From NCBI GenBank assembly GCA_010909165.1, contig MU008185.1, positions 620,001-684,000 on the forward strand: a stretch of 64,000 nt of DNA, in the 5' to 3' direction. Positions within the stretch are counted from its first letter, which is position 1; the number at the start of each line of letters is the position of its first letter. The position numbers and the translations under genes are program-made. This DNA is from Anthoceros angustus. Its lineage: Eukaryota; Plantae; Anthocerotophyta. Under the pieces are notes generated by a model, which searched no databases, was not told the origin of the DNA, and worked only from the letters and a program-made list of their open reading frames with translations. Positions 12,500 through 25,299 of this stretch are shown piece by piece.

Positions 12500-13243
12500 T
12501 ATCATCTCACAATCTAAGCTCAACTGTCTCCTCGCATGCTCATGGAATTTCCTTCCGCTCGACCCATCCAGCCAATTCCAGGACAGAGAGCATCCTCAAA
12601 CCGCTTGAAGTCTCCCCTGCCATGAAGTGTCCCCTCCTTGCCACACCATCTGCCTCACGACCTGATGGCAAGCCATGAGCTGTAGGAAACAGAGTGATGA
12701 GATCCGAACACAGGTGAACCCCTAACCCTAATACAGTAGGTTGTTGCCCTAAATCCAGCTATCTCAATGCGTCATATATATACCCAGTTTGTACATAAAG
12801 TGGTCGGTATCTCCTCGCCGCTGCCTAGTGGTGTAAATAACCTCCAACTCCACTTCAGCTCTGCCGGAGGACGCCCTCGGAGTCGCGGACTCGGTTCATG
12901 AAGACGTTAAACTGAGCTAACAGCTCTCTTTCGTTTTCGATGAGACCGCGTCCGGCTGTCGGTCCTGCCCGTTTTTGTAACTCCTTCTGTATTGTGCCAT
13001 GACGCGATTCTGGGTATCACAGAGTTTTGTCCTGGATGCCGGCTCCGTCAGTCACGGTTGCTGGATAGTAGCTTCGACACATCTGTGGAAGGCTCGCGCC
13101 CGAGATCTTGTCCCTCAGGTTTCGTCTTGCTCCTGTATGTCCAGTTGTCCTCTTTCTTGCATGTACGTCATGTTTGTCACATAGCCTCACGCAACCGCAG
13201 TTTCCGTGAGTCAGGTGATCTGTGGGATTGTGTTGTCATTCAT

Positions 13244-13364
13244 GCTTTACGGGGCGTGGCCGTCTTGTCAAGGTTTGTCAGGAGGACCCGAAAAGTTTAT
13301 TGCTACTCCTACACCAACGCTTCTCTTCTGCTGAGCGGGTGTTGGCCTTTCTAGTCATACATCT
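13244..13364 (+). pseudogene. Degenerate snoRNA copy
   Basis: Retains CTGAGCGGGTGTTGG and ACA-TCT (13359-13364), but hairpin 1 is partly deleted and the guides are mutated. Confidence 0.55.
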
Positions 13365-13449
13365 CAGTGCGACACTAAGCTTTAGGGTTTCTTCTTTCTT
13401 GCTGTGATTTCAGGAGTCGTGTGATGTGAGGTTCTGTGGGGTGATTCGT

Positions 13450-13591
13450 GCTCTTGTCTGCAGAGGCGTTGCTATCTTGTCACTGGTTGCAAGGTTGGTG
13501 TCAGCAGGAGCAGAGAAAAAATAGGGCCACTTTTAAACCTATGCCTGCTATTTTTTGTTGAGCCGGTGTTGACCTGTCTACTGGTACATCT
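13450..13591 (+). ncRNA. Box H/ACA snoRNA copy 1
   Basis: Hairpin, H box (AGAAAA 13514-13519), hairpin, ACA (13586-13588)+3 nt. Both boxes lie 14 nt from the upper stem, and both pockets are complementary to 25S rRNA. Confidence 0.82.
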
Positions 13592-13676
13592 CAGTTTCAA
13601 CGTGGCCTTAAGGTTTATGGATTGTGGTCTTAAGCTCCGTGAGTCATGTGATCTGAGGTGTGGTGCGTTATTCCAT

Positions 13677-13816
13677 GCTCGTGCACAGAGGCGTTGCCAT
13701 CTTGTCACTGGTTGCAAGGTTGGCGTCAGCATGAGCAGATAGAAAATCTTGCCACTTTTAAACCAATGCCCGCTATTTTTTGTTGAGCCGGTGTTGACCT
13801 GTCTACTGGTACATTT
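13677..13816 (+). ncRNA. Box H/ACA snoRNA copy 2
   Basis: Stem GCTCGTGC/GCATGAGC, H box ATAGAA 13739-13744, ACA 13811-13813, pockets intact. Confidence 0.87.
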
Positions 13817-13902
13817 TAGTTTGAAGAAAGGCCTTAAGGTTTATTGATTGTGGTCGTAAGCCCCGTGACTCATGTGATCTGAGGTGTGGTGCGTGATTTC
13901 AT

Positions 13903-14042
13903 GCTCGTGTACAGAGGCGTTGCCATCTTGTCACTGGTTGCAAGGTCGGTGTCAGCATGAGCAGAGAGAAAATAGTGCCACTTTTTAACCAATGCCCGCT
14001 ATTTTTTGTTGAGCCGGTGTTGACCTGTCTACTGGTACATCT
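13903..14042 (+). ncRNA. Box H/ACA snoRNA copy 3
   Basis: H box AGAGAA 13965-13970, ACA 14037-14039, same fold. Confidence 0.85.
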
Positions 14043-14135
14043 CAGTCTCACGGCAAACGTTAGGAGTTCTTCTTCCTGATCTACCGTGCTGATTTCTGTG
14101 AGTTAGGTAGTCGGAGGTGTTATACGTTATTTCGT

Positions 14136-14276
14136 GCTTTTGTACAGAGGCGTTGCCATCTTGTGGAATCTTGCAAGTTTGGTGTCAGCAGAAGCGGACA
14201 GAAATTTAGTGCCAAATTTAAACCAATGCCCGCTATTCTCTGCTGAGCGGTTGTTGACCTGTCTATTGGTATAACT
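14136..14276 (+). ncRNA. Box H/ACA snoRNA copy 4 (AUA variant box)
   Basis: Stem GCTTTTGT/GCAGAAGC (compensatory), H box ACAGAA 14198-14203, ATA 14271-14273. Core guide segments are unchanged despite diverged loops and spacer. Confidence 0.75.
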
Positions 14277-14860
14277 CAATGTCTTACATCCGATATTTTC
14301 CGTTCGCTATGCCAGCGACTCGAACCGCACTTGTCCGGTCCCCAGTGTTCCACCTTGACCAAGCTTCCACGTCCCAGAGGAGTACACCTCAGTTTCTTGC
14401 TTTAGGGTGTCTTGATTTTGGGTGCTGCGCAGAGGCGTCATCACTTGGTCAGACCTGCAACGGGGTGCCGGCTGTAGTGACGATCAAACTCATCCATTCC
14501 CTAACCAGCCTGCCATTTTCCTTGGTGGTCGACCCATTTATGGATGTAGACCCTATTGTCGGGAGAATATGGAGTCCAGTTAGAGTCCTTGTTTCCAACT
14601 TCTTAGGCCCAGGTTACTGGTTGTTCAAAGATCTGGCTTCCCTTGGCTAGGCTATGCTCCAGAGTTTCTGGGACGAAATTCTGTTATTTCTTGTGGTTCG
14701 CTGCTGCTGGAATTCAGTTTTGATCAGGGGCTTGTAGGCAAATGAGAGGGGCAGCCTCTGCCAAATAGGGAGTTGTTCGCTGCTCTAAATGCTGCTGTGG
14801 TGTGGTTTGCATTCAGGTCCTTTGGTGCCATCACTTGTTCATGAGCTTGTGAAGGTTTAG

Positions 14861-16356
<1,496 letters not shown>

Positions 16357-17084
16357 TTCACTTACATTCCCTGTATTCGCGGGAGCAACTTGCTGGCCTG
16401 ATGAGATGTAAAGCCCGAGGGCAACCACAACGTGGGTCGTTTATGCGCTGGGCGTTGTTGCCCTTTCTGTTAGGATATGTCCCGCAGAAATTGTACTAAA
16501 ATAGCTCGATCCGGAGCATCAGACCTAGAGGCTAGGTTCGGCTGGGCTCGGGTAGGCTAGTCTAGGCTAGGCTAGGCTAAAAGCAGGTGTGTCGTCATGG
16601 TTGATAAGCAACGCGCGACTGTGCGACCCGGATTGGCGACCCGACCCAGGGTGACAGGATGAACAGGGTGCGCGGGAACGGGCCTAGTCACTGTTCCGTG
16701 CGCGCTTGGCGGTGCCACCAGCCCGACACGCCCGCCTTTCCGTAGGTGCCAAGAGCAGGCCGCGCGCTTGCAGCACCAGTCCGCAGGTGCCGGCTGCCTG
16801 CCAGCTTCCGGCCAGGGCAGCCGGCTGGCGCCATTGGCCTGGGCATGGAGAGCAGACCCGCGACAAGGTCAGGGGAATTCCGAAGCGGGGACGATTGAAG
16901 ATATCCGCTCATTGCGTCAGGCGGCTTCCTTTCTGTTATCCTTGCCTCTCAGAAAGGATGAGCTGGTCGAAAACAGAAATTTCCTTCAGAGATGCGCTGT
17001 CGGTTCTGGAAAGCGCGCTGTCCCATCGCTGAGCTAGCGGTAGCCAGATTTTTGTGAGGCCGTTCCCAGGCAGCCAGACCAAGC

Positions 17085-18745
17085 ATGGCACGCGTGAACG
17101 GCAACGGCAACGGCTCGCTGCCGTGGAGTCGGAACGGGAGTTGGCACGGAGATGGAGGCGATGGGAATGGCCTGCTCGCGCCTCTGGTGGACAAGCAGGC
17201 GGACGACGTAAAACTTGTTGTGGATGTTCAGGATCCGCCGCCTCAAGGCACTACATTTTTGCAAGCTCTGCTGAATGCTATCAACGTTCTCGCAGGTGAA
17301 TTTCCTGAGGTGAAGCTCGCGCCGTCTGACTTGCCTTCGCCTATCTTGGCACTAACAGTCCAAGATTCTCTGGGACTGCAGGAGTTGGAATTCTATCCAC
17401 ACCGTATGCGGTGGCGCAGGGGGGATGGCTTGGATTATCCTTTCTTTTCCTGTTTGCGGGGATCTGCTGCTACACAGGACTGCTTCTTCGCCGGTGTTTG
17501 GAGAGCAATGCTTCCCTGCGGTCCTATCCGGACATAGGACATGCTGCCTTTGGAACCATAGGCCGCTGGATAGTCTCCATTTTCTTGTATGTTGACCTGT
17601 TTCTCGTGGCTGTTGAGTTCCTCATTCTGGAAGGTGACAACCTGTCACAACTATTCCCGATACCGGATCTGAGCTGGGGTGGCGTTACAGTTGCTCCTCG
17701 CGTGCTGTTTGTGATTATCGCAGCTCTTATTATGCTGCCGACAGTGTGGTTGAGGGACCTCAGCAGCTTAGCTTATGTATCAGCAGGTGGAGCCTTTGCT
17801 TGCCTGGCCATTTTTCTTGCGGTATTCTGGGTCGGGGCGGTGGATGGAGTTGGTTTCCACCTCCGGGGCCCATTGTTGAACGTGTCTGGGCTGCCTGTTG
17901 CCGTGGGATTATATGCGTTCTGCTACTGCGGCCATGCCGTTTATCCCAGCATTTACAATTCCATGAAAGATCGTTCTCAGTTCAACAAGGTAAGCTTACT
18001 GTGCACCTCTTGTCTAAAATATGTGGATTTTGGTCCAGAACTGCCAGAACTGGATTCCAGAGTGCATGTCAGACATCACAATTGTGTTATTGAGATCAAA
18101 TGTTACAGTCACGAGGGATTCTCCTGTTGATTTGCTCCCAGAGATCTCATTCCTACTAGTTGAGGGAAGAAATGCGTTGATTGTCCTTGAAAAGCATTGA
18201 TCATGTTTGGATTGTTGCAGGTCCTTGTGGTCTCTTTTCTCATCTGCACGGCGCTTTATGCCGCTATTGGGAGCACTGGTTTCCTCATGTTTGGGAGTGA
18301 TATCCAGTCGCAAGTGACTCTCAACTTGCCAGGACGGTACGTGGCCACCAAAGTTGCAATATGGATAACACTGGTGAACCCGTTTGCCAAATTTGCATTG
18401 ACACTGATGCCCATTGCACGGGCATTGGAAGATATGCTTCCATACTCGCCAACGGAGAGGAGTCACCTTCTGTATGGAACTGCGATGAGGACCCTGTTGG
18501 TGTTGTGCACTGTGACCTTCGCGCTGACAGTTCCAGTGTTTGGGTACTTGATGGCTTTCATCGGCTCGTTCCTGAGCGTGAGCACAGCTGTTGTCATTCC
18601 GTGCGTCTGCTACTTGATCATTTTTTGGAAGGCTGGCACCACAGCAGAGGCTACTATCATTGTGGTTATTATTGTCATAGGTGCAGTGGTTGCAGTGCTG
18701 GGAACTTACGCTTCTTTGGTCGGCATTCTCAATAGCCTGCCTTGA
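17085..18745 (+). CDS. AVT1-type amino-acid transporter, copy 1; exons 17085-17295, 17382-17989, 18221-18745
   Basis: LNAINVLAG|VGILSTPYA..GGW, SYPDIG, FLILEGDNL, YAFCYCGHAVYP, SQVTLNLP, VNPFAKFAL; canonical splice sites. Confidence 0.95.
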
Positions 18746-19072
18746 TTTACAATCAATGTTCCCCTTGTTCACTCCGGTACATTTCAATACAAAGAGGGCC
18801 GACTGGTCGCGTTGAATCAGCAGCACTCACTGTACATACATTCCACATGTGGGACCGAAACCAGAGGTCAAGTCGTTGTTTAGTCCGGGGACATGCTCTG
18901 TATGTGGACTGCTACTGGCAGTCCCTTTCTCACAAGACCTCGAATGAGGGCATCGTGCATGCCAGTGGAGGTCTAAATGACTTCCTTGTCTGTGCTAATA
19001 ATGAACGTCTAATCTAACACGTTTGTTCTGGATCGTTATGAGTCAATGACCTGACTGTACCCAAACCAACTA

Positions 19073-19604
19073 CAGTCCACCCCCCCCTAATTGGGACTGG
19101 TTCGGAGTGCCTTTAGAGGTCCCATTAAGGGAGGTGTCCCGATTATATTTTCCCTATTTAAAAATAATTAAATATTATAAAATCAAAAAAATCAAAAAAT
19201 ACCCAAAAACAAAGAAAATTTTAAATTTTGATTGATAGGTTTCACTAAAAATAACTTTTACCACTTCTCTATATAGTTGTTTGAAAGCTAGCGCTTTCTT
19301 TAAGCAACATCAAAAAACCTATACCTATCATAAAGGAAAAGCTTAGCTTAAGAGTCTTCAATCACACCTAAAAGTCTATTGTGCTCAAATAATCGATTCT
19401 TTTTCTTTCTTTTTAATTTTTTAGTAAAAAATAGAAATCCCATTTAGGAGGTGAAACTAACATGAATGTATGTTTCAAAAGGTCCCAATTATCATTTAGG
19501 GAAAAATCCCATTTATTACATTGTAAACTAAAGGGAGTAGGATGGGAGGTCCCATTTAGAGAGGAATCCCATTTATAGAGTTCCCAATTAGGGGGGGCCG
19601 ACTG
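19073..19604 (-). mobile_element. pogo/Tigger-family MITE (532 bp)
   Basis: TIRs CAGTCCACCCCCCCTAATTGGGA / TCCCAATTAGGGGGGGCCGACTG, TA on both sides, AT-rich core. Ends are homologous to the element at 39005-40248. Confidence 0.88.
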
Positions 19605-19689
19605 TAGTAAAATTTGTGACGAACCTAAAAGGCCCCACGTAAACTTTTTCATAAGCTTGTGCAGTCTGGGGATGTCTTTCCTTAAAAGC

Positions 19690-22150
19690 AACAACGTCCG
19701 AATGTAGAAGAAATATAGAACACTTCAACAAACACTCAATAGACTCATTAATACATCAGGCGAGGGGCTCCATTTTTGAAGTTGTAAAGAAGGCCTTCAA
19801 GATACTTGTGTTGATTAAGCCACAACAGATAACCTGTCTCTAATAACTTGCAAACCCAGGCAGTAGTAGATCTCTCTAAGATCCTTCATCTCAAAGGCTT
19901 TGGATAAGGTACACTTGATTTCAGTCAACAAACCAAGAGTACTAGCAAATAACATGAGATCGTCCACATAAACTACAACATAAACAAAAGAACCATCCTT
20001 CACAAGCTTGTATATACTGGGGTCAGCCACATTCTACTCAAAACCATTTTGACATAGATAAAGATGAATCAACTGATTCCATTGTTGAGGAGCTTGCTTC
20101 AAGCCATACATAGACTTTTTGAGGCGACACACCAGATGCTCCTGGCTTGGTATAACATAACCCTCGGGCTGTTCCATATAGATCTACTCATCTAAATTGC
20201 TGTAGAAGAAAGCAGTTTTAACATCTATCTAATAAATTTCCTAGTCGTGCTTGGCAACCAATGCAAGAACCGAATAGAGGAAGTCTTAGACACAAGAGCG
20301 AAGGTCTCATTGAAATCAAGGCCTTCAACTTGAGAATACCCTTTAACAACCAACCAAGCCTTGAAATGTTCGATGGATCCATCTGCATGATATATGACCC
20401 TAAAGGTCCACTTACATCCAACAACACAACGGTCAGGAGGAAGAGGTATCAAATCCCAAGTGTTATTGTTGATGAGCAATGCATACTCATAATAAATATT
20501 GCCTCCCATTGCTTCCTATGCGGGGAGTCGAGCGCATCTGTGTATATTTGTGGCTCATCTATCTTATGAATAGTGAGAGTGGAAAGGGAAAATCATTTGT
20601 TTGAAGAGACTCCAAGTACTTGAGAGAGGGAGTCTGCAATCACGTGGACTGTCGGGGCAGCTGAGGGTCATCAATATTATCTTGCATCTACTCAATTTAC
20701 AATTGCTTGGACTGCCGGCGTTTACAATTGCTTGGACTGCCGGGCCGGCCGAGGGTCATTAGTGTCATTTTGCAGCTGCTCCTCATGACCATGAGAGGGA
20801 TCTCCAAGCTCAAGGTTAGCATCGGTACCATACGGCTGCTGAAAATCTTGAGGCTCTACAACGTTGGGATCCACCTCTTGAGATTCCCCCTACGGATCAA
20901 GAGCACTTACAAACCATTGCTCTTTAGATGTATCTTGGTCAAATGATGCAAAGATGTCGGAACTAGTGTCGCCGAAACTCCACACCTCATGTTTGCTGAA
21001 AACCATATCCTGACTTCGATAGACCTTACCAGAAGTAGGATCAAATATTCTATAACCCTTGGACTCGTTACAGTAGCCAACAAAGATGCCTTTAATGCTC
21101 CTTGGGTTAAACTTGGACCAAAGGTGTTGCGGAACCTGAACAAAAGCAACACAACCAAAAACTCTGAAATATGAGTACAATGATACTTGCCCGCTCCATA
21201 GCTCTTCCGGGCATTTTCCGTCTAGTGCATGGGCCTGCATAATCATGATTCAAGACATATGTTGCAGTATCTACAACCTCCACCTAAATCCTCTGCAAAA
21301 GCTTGCTATGAAGGAGCATGCATCTTGCAGTGGAAGTAAGTGATTGTTTCAGTAGCTCAGCAAGACCATTGTGTTGTGGTGAATACGGAAGAGAGAATTG
21401 TCGAGCAATGCCATGTTCTGTACAAAAGTTAACAAACATAGTAGAAGTATAGTCAGTCAAGTTCTCAACCAAAGCTTTAAAACATTTGAATTTATCTAAA
21501 ACCTGAGACTTGCGGTGTAGAAAATATACAAAAGTTTCTCTCAAGAAATCATCAATATTAATAAAAGTAACAAAAAAATTAAAAAAAAACCACGGATGGA
21601 TAGTACCCGCATGGGCCCATAGTCATTAGTATGCACAAGAGCCAATACCTCTTGAGCTTTAAAGATAGACCTTGTACGGAATGGAGTCCTACGATGCTTG
21701 GTAAATACGCAATTCTCACAAAACAAGTCAATGGCAGGCATCTCACGTATACTCCAACAAGTTTTTCGTATCTCACGTATACTCCAACAATTTGTTCGTA
21801 GCTCTAATGGTGAGAACTTGAACATGACCCATGCCAAAGCTGTAATTGCTATTTAGCAAAGTCACCAACGTAATTGGCAAAACTCTTATTAGTGATAAGA
21901 CAATAAAACTTGACCAAGCAACCCCTAGCAATAATATTTTGACATTTCAAATTCTTGATAGAGCAGCTAGTAGAGTCAAAGATGATTTGGTGCCCATGAA
22001 CGGCCAACTTGCTGACTGACAAAAAGTTTCTGGTAAGACCAGACACATAGAGAACCACAGTGAGACGGCATGCACCCTCTGTCAGCATGAGAGGCACATC
22101 TCCAATACCATGAACAAAATTATATGGCGTTGCTAAAGACTTCTCCAATA
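19690..22150 (-). mobile_element. Degenerate Ty1/copia pol (protease, integrase, RT), frameshifted
   Basis: VLYVSGLTRNFLSVSKL, CENCVFTKHRRTPF, PYSPQHNGLAE, FVGYCNESKGYRIFDP, NNTWDLIPLP..GCKW, VVYVDDLM. No LTRs recognised. Confidence 0.93.
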
Positions 22151-22543
22151 AATAATAATTATACTTCTCAAGTCTTGCCTTGCTAATAATAAATAAATGC
22201 ATGCTCATTATCACAACATAAATCAAATTTAGATACTTAGAGTCACTTTCAATGCTATTGAGAAGGTGAAAATACTAGTTGCTCATGACCCTCTACTGTG
22301 ATCTAAGAAATCATGTAAGCGAACATGTGAGCATTCACAATAAAGACACTTACAAGAACTACCAATATCACGATTGAGTCAGTAAAAAAATGAGTGGAAA
22401 ACATGTGCACTAATAATAAAAGATGTTGATAGTGACTTTCACTGTGATGATTAAGAAAGTAAAAACTTAAATGAAAGATGTGAGCCCATAATAAAAACAC
22501 ATTATGAGATGTGGATTTGTGAGAACGTGGAGACAACATGATA

Positions 22544-24941
22544 ATTTTTGAAGGGGGGGAATATAGTAACCCCCTTCGGTCGAGACAGCACCCCCTTGTC
22601 ACGATGTACACCCTTCCTGTAACAGCATATCTACCCTACTTTGATAATGCGCACACCCTTTCTGAGGTCATACCTTTGATAAAAGACGCACTTTCAAGTC
22701 TACACCCGAGAACTAGAGCAGAGTAGGGTGTGGGCCCGCCTGCGTTTTTGTAGAATGCATAGAGGGCTGCCATTTTCATATGTTTATTACAACCGAAAAC
22801 TTTTACTTTCAAGTGGTGGAACACAATGAAAACAATCTTGTACTAGCGGGAGTCTCATTTCAATGGTCGTGAGAACATTGCAACAAACAACTGCTAAAGG
22901 AGAAAGTGGTCATCAGCATCGACAATAGTCATTCAAGAGTGCGGCCTGGCGACTCATCCATGCCTTGCGCCGAAACTGAGTCAATACCACCGCCATATTT
23001 CGGAGGCGGACCATATCCTCCGCCTCAAAGTTGTCGTTCTCCTCCATTGCTAACTCGTCTTCAATAGTACCATTCTTGGGCCCAGCGTCCGACGGTGTCG
23101 ACTGCCACACAGCATCTAGGGTCTATTGACCCTCATCCAAAAGGTCGCCAGTCGTGGTCTTCAACCTTTTGGCACTCAATGCAACCACTTGGGCTTTAAG
23201 GCAATGCCATTCCCCTTAAATGAACAAAGTCGCGCCCATGGGTAGGCGGTGTGCTAGGGGAGGCGCCGGCCGCCCATGGGCAAGGTGTGCTATGGAAGGG
23301 CGCCATGGGCAAGGTGTGTGCTAGGAGAGGACACCGGCCGGCCCATGGGCAAGGTGTGCTATGGAAGGGTGCCGGCCGCCCATGGGCGGTGGCAAGGCGT
23401 GTTGGGGGCGCCGGCCGGCGCCCATGGGCAAGGCGGGGGCGCCGGCCGGCGCCCATGGGCGAGGGCGCCGGCCGCCCATGGGCGTGGCTTGGCGTGTTGG
23501 GGGCGCCGGCCGACGCCCATGGGCGGTGGAGTGTTGGGGAGCGCCACGGCGACCCATGGGCAAGGCGTGTTGGGGGCGCCGGCCGCCCATGGGCGGGCGT
23601 GTTGGGGGCGCCGGCCGGCGCCCATGGGCAAGGCGTGTTGGGGGCGCCGGTCGGTGGCGCCTCCTTAGCACCATCCTACGTGCATGCGGGTGAAGCTAGG
23701 GGGACAAGAAGGAACGGTAGGTATCCTATCACCGATGGAAGGTGTGGCCCATTTGCAGGAAGGGTTAAAAGATTTGCGTCCATAGGTGACTGTTGAAGAG
23801 TACAAGTGGTGGGAAGCCTTTTGGGTGGACCGGAAGGAGATTGCTATCATTGTGGAGAATAACATTGGGCTAGTGCTACAGCGTCCTTGGAAGTGGTTTT
23901 CACGTGCAGAAGTAGATCATACAGCCTGACCACTTCAAGTGCCGGATGAAGCTTTGCTAGATGAGGCATTATTGAGGGACCTCCTATAGCGTGATATGTA
24001 CTTGGGGGCATATCAAAATGCCGGAAGGCAACAGTGGGAATGGCGTGGATGAATGGGGACATAATTGACATCTTGAAGGGGATGTTTCTGGCAGTGCCGT
24101 GCACTATGGACACACATAACAGGCCATTCTGGATTGGGGAGAGTCATTGACGCGAAGCTAGATGCACCACGACCTCACTTTCTTATCCATTGGTATCCGA
24201 CCGAGCACACAGATGCGTACGAAGGGAGATATGTGTAAGAATACATAGTCCGTCAGAGTGCCAATCCATCTGGTCTGATGCTGAGGAAAAAAGGGAATAA
24301 GGTCCATTACCCAAAAAACATACAGGAGGTGTTTGTGAATAAAACAGCCATCCTGTATTATGGGTTTTTGTTGAACGCACGGAAACATGTGTATGCGGTG
24401 GACAAAAAAGCGATAAGGGATAAGCTCTGCGAGTTGCGCGGCTTCATACAACCTTCGAGTCAAAGTGCCGCTGAAGATAGTGATGACAATGCTGGAGAAG
24501 CTGGACCAAGTGATGACGAAGGATTGAACTCTGGTGATGAGTGAAAATGAAATCACGGTTTGTCTCGGGCTTCTAGAGTGAATGTTGAACGTTTGGTTCT
24601 AAATGTTACTATGTTTTGGAAATACCCTGTCCGTGGATTTTGTTGTGTCCTTACTAAACCACATTTTCCTCCCAAAACTGAATTTACGGTCGTCCCTTCC
24701 CGGCAGAAACGGCCTTCCTTACCGTTTCTACTTTGCATTAATCCCATAGGTTCGAGTTTGCAACCATCATTCGATAGAAACATTGCTGGATGGAAAGTAG
24801 GAACTTTAGTGGGTGACACCCTTTTTTTCGGAGATGTTCTCCGGAATGCCTTAAAAACGCAGTTTTAGGGCCCATTAAAAACCCCCTTCAGAGATTATTT
24901 ACGGAAAACCCCCTTCGAGATTATTCACCCCCTTCAAAAAT
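22544..24941 (+). mobile_element. Unclassified TIR DNA transposon derivative
   Basis: 20-bp TIR with 1 mismatch (ATTTTTGAAGGGGG[G/T]GAATA), flanks ATGATA/ATGATG, subterminal CCCCCTT motifs and a decayed ORF at 23790-24544. Confidence 0.65.
23232..23655. repeat. GC-rich palindromic minisatellite
   Basis: About 12 GCCCATGGGC-type palindromes alternating with GGCGCCGGCC and AAGGCGTGTTGGGG. Confidence 0.95.
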
Positions 24942-25018
24942 ATGATGTTAGACTTTATAAGTATGCAGAGATGGAAAGTCCTATCTACTCCTGGGTGACA
25001 AGGAACAACCCTCTAGAG

Positions 25019-25256
25019 AACCCAAGCCAAGGACTAGCCCCCAAATGTCTACCCTGAAGAGAACCCAAGCCAAAAACTAGCCCTTAAATGTCTACTATGA
25101 AGTTATCTACCCAAGCTAAGGACTAGCCCCTAAATGTCTACCTTGAAGCTATCTAGATACCCAAGCCAAGGACTAGCCCCTAAATGTCAACCCTGAAGAG
25201 AACCCAAGCCAATTACAAGGACTAGCCCCCAAATGTCTACCTTGAAGCTATCTACC
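25019..25256. repeat. Tandem repeat, ~42-50-bp unit, ~5 copies
   Basis: ACCCAAGCCAAGGACTAGCCCC[C/T]AAATGTCTACC..GAAG repeated. Confidence 0.9.
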
Positions 25257-25299
25257 GCTCTTACATTGTCGAGCCAAGTGACGTAGCTTCAGAAGTAGC

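Larger units (their letters stand above)
13200..14560 (+). repeat. Tandem array of ~225-233-bp units, each holding an H/ACA snoRNA (4 intact, 2 degenerate)
   Basis: CAGAGGCGTTG recurs at 13461, 13686, 13912 and 14145; diverged copies lie near 13250 and 14430. Confidence 0.95.

Noticed and set aside
13001-13084. Two hairpins ending in ACATCT upstream of the array
   Set aside because: No ANANNA hinge, the second hairpin is too short, and no target was identified.
13200-14560. Array read as CRISPR-like or as C/D snoRNAs (GTGATCTGA in spacers)
   Set aside because: Eukaryotic context, whole units duplicated with no unique spacers, and no proper RUGAUGA/CUGA pair. The H/ACA model explains the conserved part.
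23196-23796. Multiple overlapping ORFs on both strands
   Set aside because: Artefact of a stop-free GC-rich satellite.
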